Below, piece by piece: positions 9,174 to 18,228 of a DNA stretch of 45,391 nt. The notes below the pieces were generated by a model. It saw only the letters and a list, made by a program, of their open reading frames with translations. It did no database searches and was not told the DNA's origin. Each line of letters starts with the position of its first letter. The first letter of the stretch is position 1. The DNA comes from Candidatus Woesearchaeota archaeon (GTDB lineage: Archaea; Nanobdellota; Nanobdellia; Pacearchaeales; GW2011-AR1), in NCBI GenBank assembly GCA_964483015.1, contig CAZAAB010000001.1, forward strand, positions 1 through 45,391, written 5' to 3'. The position numbers were made by a program, and so were the translations under genes.

Positions 9174-9887
9174 TTATTGTTTTTTGTTTATTTTTGCAGT
9201 TTTTTTCAGAGCTTTAAAACATGCCTGAGCAAGATTAACTGTAGACCTTGTTTGGCCAAAAGTCTTACTATAAACATCTTTAATCCCTGCCAACTCTAAA
9301 ATTTTTTTACACTCATCACTTGCGACTAAACCTGTTCCTTGGGGTGCTGGCTTTAAAATAATCCTACTGCTCCCGCATTTTCCCTCAACTTTTAATGGAA
9401 CAGAGTGGGGTTCGTTGCAAGAACAGTCAAAAGAACCACACCCTCTTTTAATCTTAATTAGATTCAGTCTTGCTTTTCTTAATGCCTTATCTCTTGAGGG
9501 AAATGTTTCAGAAGCTTTTCCCATTCCAATTCCAACATGCCCGTCTTTATCACCAACTACAGCCATGGACTTAAATGAAACAGTTGTTCCTTCAGCAGTT
9601 TTTTTCTGAGTCTGCATCCAGATTCTTCTTTTACCGCCCCCATACTTGCCTTTTGATTGGCCAATGTTTAATAATTCAGTCTCAACATTAATTAAACTAT
9701 CAACAATTTCAGGCTCAATAATTTTATAGCTTTCAATAGCATCATCTATATTTTTTATTTTACCTTTTTTTACTATTTTCCCAAGTTTTGTTTTGGGGTT
9801 CCAGCTGTCTATTCTCTCTTTTTCTTTTTCTTTCCTTCTCTCTTTCCTACTTTTCTTTCTTTTTTTCTTCTTTTCTTCTTTTGCCAT
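9174..9887 (-). CDS. rps5: 30S ribosomal protein uS5 (Lys-rich N-terminal extension)
   Basis: dsRBD plus S5 C-terminal domain motifs (VVGDKDGHVGIGMGKA, GTGLVASD); operon position. Confidence 0.9.
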   Translation of the reverse strand: MAKEEKKKKRKKSRKERRKEKEKERIDSWNPKTKLGKIVKKGKIKNIDDAIESYKIIEPEIVDSLINVETELLNIGQSKGKYGGGKRRIWMQTQKKTAEGTTVSFKSMAVVGDKDGHVGIGMGKASETFPSRDKALRKARLNLIKIKRGCGSFDCSCNEPHSVPLKVEGKCGSSRIILKPAPQGTGLVASDECKKILELAGIKDVYSKTFGQTRSTVNLAQACFKALKKTAKINKKQ

Positions 9888-9890
9888 CTT

Positions 9891-10379
9891 TTACTTAAAG
9901 CTGTTATTTATTTTATCTTTAATTTTCCCAACTTCAACTTTATTTTTCATGTTTTTCCCTTCAATTATTTCCTTGCCCGGGAATATTTCCTTACTTGCCT
10001 TAACTTTAATTCCAGAATCAATTATCCCTTTCAAAAAACCATAAGCTCTTGAATTTTTAATATTTCTTGTCAAACCAATGTCAAAAACCCCTTTTTCCCT
10101 GCCTTTGTCCAACATTTTTTTACCAAGTAAAAACCCTGTTAAGTAAGATGCAGGCACTGATTTTAAACTTCCCATAGCTTTTTCTGGCCACCCGTATTTT
10201 AATAATATTTTAGAGTCAAGACCAATAATAACCTTATCTTTAGCCTCTCCACTTTCTATGTACTGGCAGATTATGCACTTATTGGTTTTTCTAAACACTA
10301 CTCTACCCTTTTCACTTTTAAGAAGGGCAAGCCTTGCCTTATAATCAGTCTTTCCCTGTTTTCTTCTTTTCTTTATCAT
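9891..10379 (-). CDS. rpl18: 50S ribosomal protein uL18
   Basis: RRKQGKTDYKARLALL N-terminus; operon position. Confidence 0.9.
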   Translation of the reverse strand: MIKKRRKQGKTDYKARLALLKSEKGRVVFRKTNKCIICQYIESGEAKDKVIIGLDSKILLKYGWPEKAMGSLKSVPASYLTGFLLGKKMLDKGREKGVFDIGLTRNIKNSRAYGFLKGIIDSGIKVKASKEIFPGKEIIEGKNMKNKVEVGKIKDKINNSFK

Positions 10380-10786
10380 TTTTCCTTAATATTTTCTTGA
10401 ATATATCTTTTTAATTGCCTTAAATCATCAAATTTTCTCGCCCTTATCTTTTTTCTTAAATCATAATACTCTTCTCTTGAAATTTCTTTATTGTTTAAAG
10501 ATTTTTTCAAGTATCTTCTCAACTTCCTTGTCATGACAATGTATTCTTTTTTCCTGTTATTCTTTCTTTTCCTTTTTTTACCTTCTCTTTTTTTTGTTTT
10601 TCTCTTAACATTTTTTCTCCTGCCTTTCTTCTCTTTAATTTTTATTGCTCCTTGCTTTAACAAATCTTTTATGTCCTGCCTTGTAATAGCTTCATTTATT
10701 TCATCAAGTCTATTTTCATCTAAGATAACCCTTTTTATACCTACATCTAATGTTCTTGCTACCATTTCCTTCTTATTTTTTTTCAT
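10376..10786 (-). CDS. rpl19e: 50S ribosomal protein eL19
   Basis: Basic 136-aa protein between eL32 and uL18 with an eL19-like N-terminus (RTLDVGIKRVILD). Confidence 0.85.
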   Translation of the reverse strand: MKKNKKEMVARTLDVGIKRVILDENRLDEINEAITRQDIKDLLKQGAIKIKEKKGRRKNVKRKTKKREGKKRKRKNNRKKEYIVMTRKLRRYLKKSLNNKEISREEYYDLRKKIRARKFDDLRQLKRYIQENIKEK

Positions 10787-11132
10787 TTTCCTTCTTTGGC
10801 TTGTTTAGTATTTTTGCCCCTTTTTCTTCAACTTTTTTAATAAGTTTTTCTTTCTTTTTCTTTCCTACTTTTCCTAAAATGACTAAATCATCTTTCTTTA
10901 TCTTATCTACCTGCTTCAAGTTTTCAACTCTTTTTGGCTTTTTCCCATCAATTTTTCCTCTTTCTTCTTTTTTCTTCCTATAGCCTATTGAAACTAAAGG
11001 AGGTCTTGATTTTCTTTTTTCTCTAACCTTATTATCCCTCCCTTTAGGTCTTCTCCATTTCTTTTTCTTTTTTTTACCCTTTCCTAATTTTGAGTATCCC
11101 CTGTCTCTTCTCACAAATTTTTTCTTTGTCAT
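10773..11132 (-). CDS. rpl32e: 50S ribosomal protein eL32
   Basis: WRRPKGRDNKVR motif; operon position. Confidence 0.85.
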   Translation of the reverse strand: MTKKKFVRRDRGYSKLGKGKKKKKKWRRPKGRDNKVREKRKSRPPLVSIGYRKKKEERGKIDGKKPKRVENLKQVDKIKKDDLVILGKVGKKKKEKLIKKVEEKGAKILNKPKKENEKK

Positions 11133-11665
11133 TTTCTTCTTCCTTTTTCTTTTTTAGTTATGAAAATACCATCCTGAAAAACTCTTCTATCTCTATCCTT
11201 AACCTTGCTCGCTTTTTCAATGTTTGCAGCTGTCTGTCCTGCTTTTTCCTTATCATGACTTTTAACTGTTATAATATCTTTTTCTATTTTTACATCAGCT
11301 CCTGGCAGTATTTTTGCCTGCCTTGGGATGGTTTCCCCAAGAAAATTTTTAATTATAACATTATTGCCTTTAACTGAGACATTTACCGGGAAGTGAACAG
11401 ACGCTATTTTTAGTTTATACTCATATTCTTGTTCTAAACCAGAAATCATGCTTCTGATAATGGCTGCAGTGGTTTTGATTAGTTTTTTATCTCTTTTAGT
11501 CGGGCTTTTGTTTTCAATAACAATCTTATTTCCCTCTTTTTTTATAGGATAAGGTAATTTTTTTTCATTTTCCCTGTCATTTTTCTCTATCTTTATTTTT
11601 CCTTCTTCTATATTTGCATTTATACCATCACCAATTTCAATTACTTCTCTTATTTTTTTTCTCAT
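11129..11665 (-). CDS. rpl6: 50S ribosomal protein uL6
   Basis: 178 aa, two-domain uL6 pattern; between uS8 and eL32. Confidence 0.9.
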   Translation of the reverse strand: MRKKIREVIEIGDGINANIEEGKIKIEKNDRENEKKLPYPIKKEGNKIVIENKSPTKRDKKLIKTTAAIIRSMISGLEQEYEYKLKIASVHFPVNVSVKGNNVIIKNFLGETIPRQAKILPGADVKIEKDIITVKSHDKEKAGQTAANIEKASKVKDRDRRVFQDGIFITKKEKGRRK

Positions 11666-11666
11666 T

Positions 11667-12047
11667 TTAATAAAAATAAGCTATTAAGCTTCCCCCAATT
11701 TTTTCTTTTAATGCTTCTTTGTGTGTCATTAAACCCTTGCTTGTACTGATAATAAGTATCCCAAGATTCCTGCTTGGAAGATATCTCTCCATGTATTTTT
11801 CAATTTTGTCAACACTGGCATGAAATCTCGGCTTTATCGGCTTGCATTTATTTAAACTGCCAATAGCTATCTTAACTTCCCTATTCTCTTCATCAGTTTC
11901 ATAGTCTTTAACATATCCTTCTTTATTAGCAATTTCAAGAACATTTAAGAAAAGTTTGGAATAACCTCTAACTACAATATTTCTTCTTCCAGATATTTTA
12001 CTATTCATTATCTGGTTTATTCCATCAGCAACTATATCTTGTGACAT
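11667..12047 (-). CDS. rps8: 30S ribosomal protein uS8
   Basis: DIVADGINQIMNS N-terminus and GGSLIAYFY C-terminus; operon position. Confidence 0.9.
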   Translation of the reverse strand: MSQDIVADGINQIMNSKISGRRNIVVRGYSKLFLNVLEIANKEGYVKDYETDEENREVKIAIGSLNKCKPIKPRFHASVDKIEKYMERYLPSRNLGILIISTSKGLMTHKEALKEKIGGSLIAYFY

Positions 12048-12057
12048 TTTCTTGTAT

Positions 12058-12288
12058 TTATGAGTATTTTTTAAATCCTACTTCTTCAGCTATTTCTCTG
12101 AAACATTGCCTGCATAAATTTAAGCCATATAAAGAAATGTGACCCCCCAATCTACCGCATCTCTCACATTTCTTAGTAGAGATTCCAAACTTTCTTTCTT
12201 TTGGCTTGTTATGCTTTAAAAATTTTTCAACTTTGTGCTTTTTTCCCTTTAACTGATTTAACAGCTTTTTCCAGTCTCCGGCAGTCAT
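12058..12288 (-). CDS. rps14: 30S ribosomal protein uS14 (zinc type, with N-terminal extension)
   Basis: CERCGR...CRQCFRE zinc motif; between uL5 and uS8. Confidence 0.85.
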   Translation of the reverse strand: MTAGDWKKLLNQLKGKKHKVEKFLKHNKPKERKFGISTKKCERCGRLGGHISLYGLNLCRQCFREIAEEVGFKKYS

Positions 12289-12824
12289 TTTCTTTTCCTC
12301 CTCATTATTACTTCTGTGTTGAAATTTTTTTCTAAATAATTTATTATGTCTTGTTTTGTAACATGCTGTTTTTTAGGCAGTTTTCTTTTCTTCTTTCTTC
12401 TTTTGCTAATTCTTTTGCCTTTCCTGTAAAAACTTACACACACTGCTAATCCAATTATCCCTATGTCTCTCTGATACTCAATTCCAGGGATTTCTATATA
12501 TTCAGGTATCCCAAAAGAGAAAGTATCTGTAGAAATCTGCTTTTCCCTAATTTTATTGTCTATAGCTGCAAGCATTTTCTTTAAAATAGCTTTTGCCTCC
12601 CGACCTCTTAAGGTTACTATACATCCAACTTCCATCCCAGGGCTTACCCCCAAACCAGGTATTCTTTTCTCGCTTTTTCTTTTAACTGGTTTTTTATTTG
12701 TCAGTTTCTGCAACAGCTTAACACCCTTGTCTAAATCTTCTTCTCTCCCGCCTATGCTTAAAACTACTTTTTCTATTCTTGTTTTTCTCATCTCATTCTT
12801 ATTTTGTTTGTTTTCTTCTGCCAT
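12285..12824 (-). CDS. rpl5: 50S ribosomal protein uL5
   Basis: [15 protein letters not shown] typical uL5 start; operon position. Confidence 0.9.
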   Translation of the reverse strand: MAEENKQNKNEMRKTRIEKVVLSIGGREEDLDKGVKLLQKLTNKKPVKRKSEKRIPGLGVSPGMEVGCIVTLRGREAKAILKKMLAAIDNKIREKQISTDTFSFGIPEYIEIPGIEYQRDIGIIGLAVCVSFYRKGKRISKRRKKKRKLPKKQHVTKQDIINYLEKNFNTEVIMRRKRK

Positions 12825-12826
12825 TT

Positions 12827-13450
12827 TTAACCTATAACTATCAAACTTTCTTGTTTTGTGTTTACTTTATCTTTTTTTATCTTAACTATAATCTCTTCTT
12901 TTTTCATCTCTTCAATCTTTCCTTCCTGCCCCATATGTTTCCCGCTTATGAATAAAACCCTGCTTCCTTTTTCTAACTTTAAAACATCAGAAATCTGATT
13001 TTTCTTAAAATCTATAATTACTGAATCTCCTGTGTTTATTTTTTTATCACTTATGTAGTTTCTTCCGTCACTTAAATTAACCTGTTGTTTATTGCCTTTT
13101 ACTAATTTCTTATCTTTAACCTTGCATATCTTATTTATTTTATCAGTTTTTTCTAATCCCATTTTTTTATTTTTTAAGACAACCTTAAACTTCTTGTCAT
13201 CTAAACCTAAAATATCAAATAAAGATAAAGGCATTTTTTCATCTTTTACTTTTTTCCCATTAACCTCGATTTTTCCTAAGTTCATTAATTTTTTTGCCTC
13301 TTTTCTGTTTTTAACTATGTTTAGTATGTCTCTTAAAGCTAAAATTACAGTTATAACATTTTCAAGACCGTGGTTAGGCTTAGCTAAATATTTAGTTCCT
13401 TTTCTTTCAACTGGCCATGATTTTGGCATGATTTTTCTTTTTAAGTACAT
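12827..13450 (-). CDS. rps4e: 30S ribosomal protein eS4
   Basis: MYLKRKIMPKSWPVERKGTKY N-terminus plus a KOW-like C-terminal part; operon position. Confidence 0.9.
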   Translation of the reverse strand: MYLKRKIMPKSWPVERKGTKYLAKPNHGLENVITVILALRDILNIVKNRKEAKKLMNLGKIEVNGKKVKDEKMPLSLFDILGLDDKKFKVVLKNKKMGLEKTDKINKICKVKDKKLVKGNKQQVNLSDGRNYISDKKINTGDSVIIDFKKNQISDVLKLEKGSRVLFISGKHMGQEGKIEEMKKEEIIVKIKKDKVNTKQESLIVIG

Positions 13451-13451
13451 T

Positions 13452-13910
13452 TTACTTCTCCTTCTTATTTTTCTTCTTCAACTTCTTACTCTTAACACCC
13501 TTGTCTTTTTCCTGTTTCTCACTTATCTTTTCTCCTTTTGTTAATGAAACTTCTCTTTCTCTGTCATCAAGATTTAGTTCTTGTATTTGCAGTTTTGATG
13601 GGTGAAAATAAGCATTTATCTTTGTCCCGTCCTTCTTCTGTCTTTGAATTTTCTCTATAGCGACTCTTGTTCTTTTTATCTCAACATTATTTATTTTCCC
13701 TGTTTTTCCCTTAAACTTGCCTCTCATAACCTTAACTAAATCCCCTTTTTTAACAGGAAAACTTTTTCTGCCATATTTTTTTCTTAAATCTTTGCTTAAG
13801 TTAGAAGATAAAAATTTCTTCCTTAAATGAAGGGGAGCATTAGCTAAATATTTTCTCTGTTTTCTTCTCTGCTTACTTTTCTTCCAGTTCTTACTAAATT
13901 TTTGTTTCAT
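13452..13910 (-). CDS. rpl24: 50S ribosomal protein uL24 (Lys-rich C-terminal tail)
   Basis: KOW motif VKKGDLVKVMRGKFKGKTGKI; operon position. Confidence 0.9.
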   Translation of the reverse strand: MKQKFSKNWKKSKQRRKQRKYLANAPLHLRKKFLSSNLSKDLRKKYGRKSFPVKKGDLVKVMRGKFKGKTGKINNVEIKRTRVAIEKIQRQKKDGTKINAYFHPSKLQIQELNLDDREREVSLTKGEKISEKQEKDKGVKSKKLKKKNKKEK

Positions 13911-14281
13911 CTTCTTACTCTTTCAAATGTGTCATCATAAATCTTATTTAAAGGGATATTCTCATGCTGCCTGTAGCCCCTTCTGTTTAATGTTGTTAGC
14001 ATTTCTATAGCTATTTTTTGCGCAACAAGCAACTTATACCTTTTTTCTCCAAGATAACCTCTCCAGCTTCCACTTATATCAACAACATCTTCACCCAGTT
14101 CTGCTAAACTTTCTGCAAGAGAATTTAAAAAACTACTTTCTGTTTTGCCAAAATCTCTCCAATTGCTGGCTGTTGCTATCCTCCTAAAAATGTCTTTTTT
14201 AGAATTATGTAGCGGAAGTTCTGCAAACTCGTCTAATTCTTCTCTGCTTACTCCTTTTGCTTTTAAACTTTCTTCTAACAT
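13907..14281 (-). CDS. hypothetical 124-aa protein inserted between uL14 and uL24
   Basis: ORF with a TAATG overlap on the uL14 stop (14279-14283) and an ATGA overlap on the uL24 start (13907-13910); the only motif noted is an R-x4/5-H pattern (R100/R101...H106). Confidence 0.6.
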   Translation of the reverse strand: MLEESLKAKGVSREELDEFAELPLHNSKKDIFRRIATASNWRDFGKTESSFLNSLAESLAELGEDVVDISGSWRGYLGEKRYKLLVAQKIAIEMLTTLNRRGYRQHENIPLNKIYDDTFERVRR

Positions 14282-14682
14282 TATACTATAACAGAAGCGA
14301 TTTTAGCAACTTCTTTCCACCTTTCACTTATTTCTCTTGGAACAGGCCCTTTTATTTGAGTTCCCTTTGGATTTCCTTTTTCATCTTTTAACAAGGCAAC
14401 AGCATTATCAGTAAAACATATTCTTTCTCCTGTTAATCTTCTGTATGGTTTTTTCTGTCTAACCACAATAGCATCAAAAACCTCGCCTTTAACATCAGGA
14501 TTTCCAACCCTAACTGAAACTTTAACCCAGTCTCCTATTTTGCATCCCATCTGCCTTTTCTTTTTCTTGCTTGCTTTTTTAACAGAAACAATCCTGACTA
14601 TTCTTGCTCCCGAATTGTCAGCTACAGGAACCTTGCTTCCTACATGTAATCCTTCTGTTGCTCTTGCTGAAATTGGTTTCAT
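14281..14682 (-). CDS. rpl14: 50S ribosomal protein uL14
   Basis: Start reassigned to the internal Met (MKPISARATEGLHVGSKVPVADNSGAR), which forms an ATGA overlap with the uS17 stop at 14679-14682. Confidence 0.9.
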   Translation of the reverse strand: MKPISARATEGLHVGSKVPVADNSGARIVRIVSVKKASKKKKRQMGCKIGDWVKVSVRVGNPDVKGEVFDAIVVRQKKPYRRLTGERICFTDNAVALLKDEKGNPKGTQIKGPVPREISERWKEVAKIASVIV

Positions 14683-15008
14683 TTTTCTCCTACTTTCTTT
14701 AAGTAAACAAAATGTATTAACTTGCTTAATGGCCTGCACTCTCCAATCTGCACATAATCTCCAACCTTAACTTTCTCTTTCTTGCAGTCAGGCAATCTTG
14801 CATGAAGTTTTGTTTTTTCTTTTTTATATCTTTCATATTTTTTAACAGGAACAACCCTTTCAAATTCCACAACTATTCTTTTTGGAAATTTTTTAGTTAC
14901 ATACCCTTTAAATTTTCTACCCCTAACTTTTAAGTTTCCATGAAAAGGGCATTTCACATCGCTACAGCTACCATTTTCTTTCTTCTGCTTCTCAATTTTC
15001 TCTACCAT
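14679..15008 (-). CDS. rps17: 30S ribosomal protein uS17
   Basis: CPFHGNLKVRGRKFKGYV and GDYVQIGECRPLSK motifs. Confidence 0.9.
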   Translation of the reverse strand: MVEKIEKQKKENGSCSDVKCPFHGNLKVRGRKFKGYVTKKFPKRIVVEFERVVPVKKYERYKKEKTKLHARLPDCKKEKVKVGDYVQIGECRPLSKLIHFVYLKKVGEK

Positions 15009-15043
15009 TTTCTTTCTATTTTTATTACAGCTAATTTTTAAGG

Positions 15044-15343
15044 TTAGCTGCTTATTTGGTCTTCCTTAAATCCCATCCCTACCAAAACTTTCTTTATTTT
15101 TTTCCTGTGGTCGCCTTGCAATTCTATGTTGCCTTCTTTTACTGTTCCTCCGCAAGCAAGTTTTGTTTTCAGCTTCTTTGATATATCCTTTAAGTCCACG
15201 TCTTTGTCAAACCCGCTTACTACTGTTGTTTTTTTACCAAACTTTCTTGTCTCTGTGTCTACTGTTATTTTTTGTTCTTCCTTTGCTATTTCCTGACATA
15301 TACAGGCTTCTTTTGGAAGACCGCATTTTGGGCATATTTCCAT
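15044..15343 (-). CDS. sui1: translation initiation factor aSUI1 (eIF1)
   Basis: N-terminal Cys knuckle [13 protein letters not shown]; [24 protein letters not shown] is typical of SUI1. Confidence 0.9.
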   Translation of the reverse strand: MEICPKCGLPKEACICQEIAKEEQKITVDTETRKFGKKTTVVSGFDKDVDLKDISKKLKTKLACGGTVKEGNIELQGDHRKKIKKVLVGMGFKEDQISS

Positions 15344-15344
15344 T

Positions 15345-15548
15345 TTATTTTTTTGAGTTTGAACTTTTTTCTAACGAGTTTTTCTTGCTTAATACTCTTG
15401 CTATAGCTTTTTTAATCTCTTTTCTATTTACTTTCATTGATTCAGCTGAAACATTTTTTTTAATTAGTTCTTTTCTTAGCTCTTTTAATTTTTTATTTAA
15501 TTCTTTTTCTCCCATATTTTCTATTTCTTTTTGTTTTAAAACTGCCAT
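15345..15548 (-). CDS. rpl29: 50S ribosomal protein uL29
   Basis: 67-aa helical protein ([13 protein letters not shown]) between uS3 and SUI1. Confidence 0.85.
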   Translation of the reverse strand: MAVLKQKEIENMGEKELNKKLKELRKELIKKNVSAESMKVNRKEIKKAIARVLSKKNSLEKSSNSKK

Positions 15549-15550
15549 TT

Positions 15551-16237
15551 TTATTTCTTACTTTTTTTCTTTTTTTTATGTTTCTTTTTATCACCACCTT
15601 CTTTCTTCTCTTCTTTATTTTTACTTGCCTCAATTTCTTCAATAATTTCTTCTACTTCTACCTGGTCATGCAATCTAACATTTGCCGGGAGAATACTAAC
15701 TTTAATGCCGACAGTTCCAGATATAGTGTTTGCTTCAGCTTTAGCTCTATTGACCACTTTAGCTGTTTCTCCCGTTTTTTTAAGGTAGCCATGTGCAAAT
15801 CTCCAGCTTCTTGACCTGTCTGAAGGCAGTTTTCCAGATAATCTAATTTCAACACCTTTTGCCCCCGCCTTAACAATTCTTTCTAGCATTTTATAAGCTA
15901 TTGCCTTAAATCTTATAGGCCCGAATCTTTCTAACCCCTGAGCAATACTGTCTGCAACATACTGAGAGTCAAATTCTGGTTTTTCAACTTCATCAATTTC
16001 AATATGAGGGTTTTCAAGCCCGAATCTTTTTTTTAGGATTTTTGTAAGGCCTTCAATTCTTTCGCCACTTCTTCCAATAACATAACCAGGACTTGTTGTG
16101 GTTATAGTTATTTTTTCTCCGACAGGGGTATACTCTATATGTATGCTGCTCATTTTTCCCTTGCCCAGCTGTTTTTTTACATATTCTTTTATCTTATACT
16201 CTTCTTTTTTCAGCCTGACGAATTTTTCTTCTTCCAT
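15551..16237 (-). CDS. rps3: 30S ribosomal protein uS3 (Lys-rich C-terminal tail)
   Basis: KH domain (GYVIGRSGERIEGL) and a uS3 C-terminal domain; operon position. Confidence 0.9.
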   Translation of the reverse strand: MEEEKFVRLKKEEYKIKEYVKKQLGKGKMSSIHIEYTPVGEKITITTTSPGYVIGRSGERIEGLTKILKKRFGLENPHIEIDEVEKPEFDSQYVADSIAQGLERFGPIRFKAIAYKMLERIVKAGAKGVEIRLSGKLPSDRSRSWRFAHGYLKKTGETAKVVNRAKAEANTISGTVGIKVSILPANVRLHDQVEVEEIIEEIEASKNKEEKKEGGDKKKHKKKKKSKK

Positions 16238-16241
16238 TTTC

Positions 16242-16823
16242 TTATTTCTTCTTTTCTTGTTTTATTTCCCTTGTTTCTAAATAAACATTTGTTCTTTTTT
16301 TTCTTCTGCTTCCAAATCTTCTGTATGGCCTTGATGCAACGTCAGCTTTTACCGTTTTAATATAAGGTTTTTCTAAACCATTAAGATGAGAGTTTGCAGT
16401 TAGCTGTTTTAGTAATTTTATGAAAATAGTTGAAGCTTTTACAGGGTATTTGCCGCTTTCCATGCCTTTTTTATGAGCTATTTCCCCCCTTACAGGAACA
16501 GCCTTTTTCTTGTCTTTAACCTGCCTTAATATTTTTACTGCTTCTCCTATTTTCTTTCCCCGTATTAAATTACATATTGCTACTGAATATTTTGTAGACA
16601 TTTCTAAATTCTTTCCATTTACTACTGCCTTGTCTTTTTTTACCTTCTTCTTTTCTTTTTTCTTACTTTTCTCTTTCCCGCCTCCATCTTTCTTCATCTT
16701 CTTTTCTTTTTTTTTCTTCTCATTATCTCTCTTCTCACTTTTTTCTTCTTTCTCAGCTCCAGCTGCCTTTTTCTTCTCCTCATCTTTTTGTGTTTTTATT
16801 TCTTTATTTTTTTCTTTTGCCAT
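16242..16823 (-). CDS. rpl22: 50S ribosomal protein uL22 with an N-terminal Lys/Glu-rich extension of about 70 aa
   Basis: Core STKYSVAICNLIRGKKIGEAVKILRQV; operon position. Confidence 0.85.
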   Translation of the reverse strand: MAKEKNKEIKTQKDEEKKKAAGAEKEEKSEKRDNEKKKKEKKMKKDGGGKEKSKKKEKKKVKKDKAVVNGKNLEMSTKYSVAICNLIRGKKIGEAVKILRQVKDKKKAVPVRGEIAHKKGMESGKYPVKASTIFIKLLKQLTANSHLNGLEKPYIKTVKADVASRPYRRFGSRRKKRTNVYLETREIKQEKKK

Positions 16824-16830
16824 TTTATTG

Positions 16831-17223
16831 TTATTTTACAGACAATGCAGCTGAACTTCTTGTAGCTCCTATTCCTGGTGCTCCATGAGTTACATCTTTT
16901 CTTGTCCTGACAAATTCTCCTAATTTGTGGCCAATCATCTCTGCTTTTATACTAACCGGAGCATATTTTTGACCGTTATAAACATGAATAGTCATTCCAA
17001 TCATCTCAGGAACAATAACTAAATCTCTTGAATGCGTCCTTATTTGTTTACCCTTTTCCTGCTTTTTCTTGCATCTCTCTAAAAATTTCTCAATTTTATC
17101 AAAATTTCTCAATACTGTCCTTCTTGTTCTTGAATCAACAAATTTTGCAAATTCACGTATGTCTAACTGCTGAAGCTCTTCTAATGTTTTTCCTTTAAAT
17201 GTAAATTTCTTCTTTTCTGCCAT
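16831..17223 (-). CDS. rps19: 30S ribosomal protein uS19
   Basis: RDLVIVPEMIGMTIHVYNGQKY motif. Confidence 0.9.
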   Translation of the reverse strand: MAEKKKFTFKGKTLEELQQLDIREFAKFVDSRTRRTVLRNFDKIEKFLERCKKKQEKGKQIRTHSRDLVIVPEMIGMTIHVYNGQKYAPVSIKAEMIGHKLGEFVRTRKDVTHGAPGIGATRSSAALSVK

Positions 17224-17224
17224 T

Positions 17225-17932
17225 TTACTTCTTCTTCCTCCCAGTTCTTTTTGGTCTTAAGGTTCCAACTTTTGCACCAGCCGGGGCATTTTTTTTAGGT
17301 ATCTTGCCTTTTCTACCATGTGAGACATTTCTCCCTCTCCCGCTTCCAAAAGGATGGTCAACAGCATTCATTTTTACTGGGGATGTTTTTGGATATAATT
17401 TTCCTTTAGCTTTCATAATATAATACTTTTTACCTGCCTTAACTATTGGCTTTTCTAACCTTCCCTGTCCTGCAATAACTCCAATAGTGGCCCTGCAGTT
17501 TTTGTCAAGCCATTTTTCTTTTTTTGAAGGCAGTAATACAGCGACCCTGCCTTTTTCTTTTTTAGTAACTATAGCAGAATTTCCAGCTGTTCTTATTAAT
17601 TTGCCCCCGTCTCCGGGTCTGGACTCAATATTGAAGATTCTTGTTCCTGAAGGTATTTTTTCTAACTTAACTATATTCCCTTTTTCTATCTTTTCTCCAA
17701 TTTCAATCTCCTGTCCTTTAATAAGATTATTTAAGGCAGGAATGTAAAAAATTTCTTTCCCCACTTTTATTTTAGCTAAAGGGGCAGTATGTGCAGGGCT
17801 ATTAATTATATCTATTACCTTCCCCTTGCCTTCTTCCCGAGGATACCTCATTTTATTTCTAAATGCTCTTTTCTTTCTTCTATACTTAAAAGAGCCTCTT
17901 CCTCGTCTTTGCTGTATTATTCTTTTTCCCAT
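17225..17932 (-). CDS. rpl2: 50S ribosomal protein uL2
   Basis: MGKRIIQQRRGRGS start; DHPFGSGRGRNVS motif near the C-terminus. Confidence 0.95.
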   Translation of the reverse strand: MGKRIIQQRRGRGSFKYRRKKRAFRNKMRYPREEGKGKVIDIINSPAHTAPLAKIKVGKEIFYIPALNNLIKGQEIEIGEKIEKGNIVKLEKIPSGTRIFNIESRPGDGGKLIRTAGNSAIVTKKEKGRVAVLLPSKKEKWLDKNCRATIGVIAGQGRLEKPIVKAGKKYYIMKAKGKLYPKTSPVKMNAVDHPFGSGRGRNVSHGRKGKIPKKNAPAGAKVGTLRPKRTGRKKK

Positions 17933-17988
17933 CTTAAGACACCTAAGGTTTTTCCAACCCCCATTTATTTAATTGATTATTTGTCATT

Positions 17989-18228
17989 TTACATCATCCC
18001 CAAGCTTGTAGCAAGGTCAATAGCCTCGCTTCCCTTTAATTTAACATAAGCTATCTTCTTATTATCTTTAATATGACTTCTAATTTTCTCTACCTTAACA
18101 TTAAACATTTCTTCTACCTTTTTTTTAATCTCTGGCTTTTTCATTCTCCTATCTACCATAAACATAATTGTGTTTTCAGCTTCTATCAACTTTACGGCTT
18201 TTTCAGTTGTTATTGGTTTTATTGTCAT
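17989..18228 (-). CDS. rpl23: 50S ribosomal protein uL23
   Basis: 79 aa; TEKAVKLIEAENTIMFMVDRRMKKPEIKKKVEEMFNVKV. Confidence 0.9.
   Translation of the reverse strand: MTIKPITTEKAVKLIEAENTIMFMVDRRMKKPEIKKKVEEMFNVKVEKIRSHIKDNKKIAYVKLKGSEAIDLATSLGMM

Noticed and set aside
10491-10983. Plus-strand ORFs (10491-10808, 10750-10983) and many similar ones (for example 8727-9014, 13092-13544, 15163-15645, 16510-16854, 17789-18049, 18073-18429) encoding Phe/Leu/Ser-rich proteins
   Set aside because: They lie antisense to Lys/Glu-rich ribosomal protein genes. AAA/GAA-rich codons read as TTT/TTC on the other strand, so long low-complexity antisense ORFs are expected artefacts.
14683-14739. N-terminal extension of uL14 in the ORF track (MQAIKQVNTFCLLKESRRK)
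   Set aside because: It overlaps the uS17 coding sequence. The internal Met gives the canonical uL14 N-terminus and an ATGA coupling overlap.
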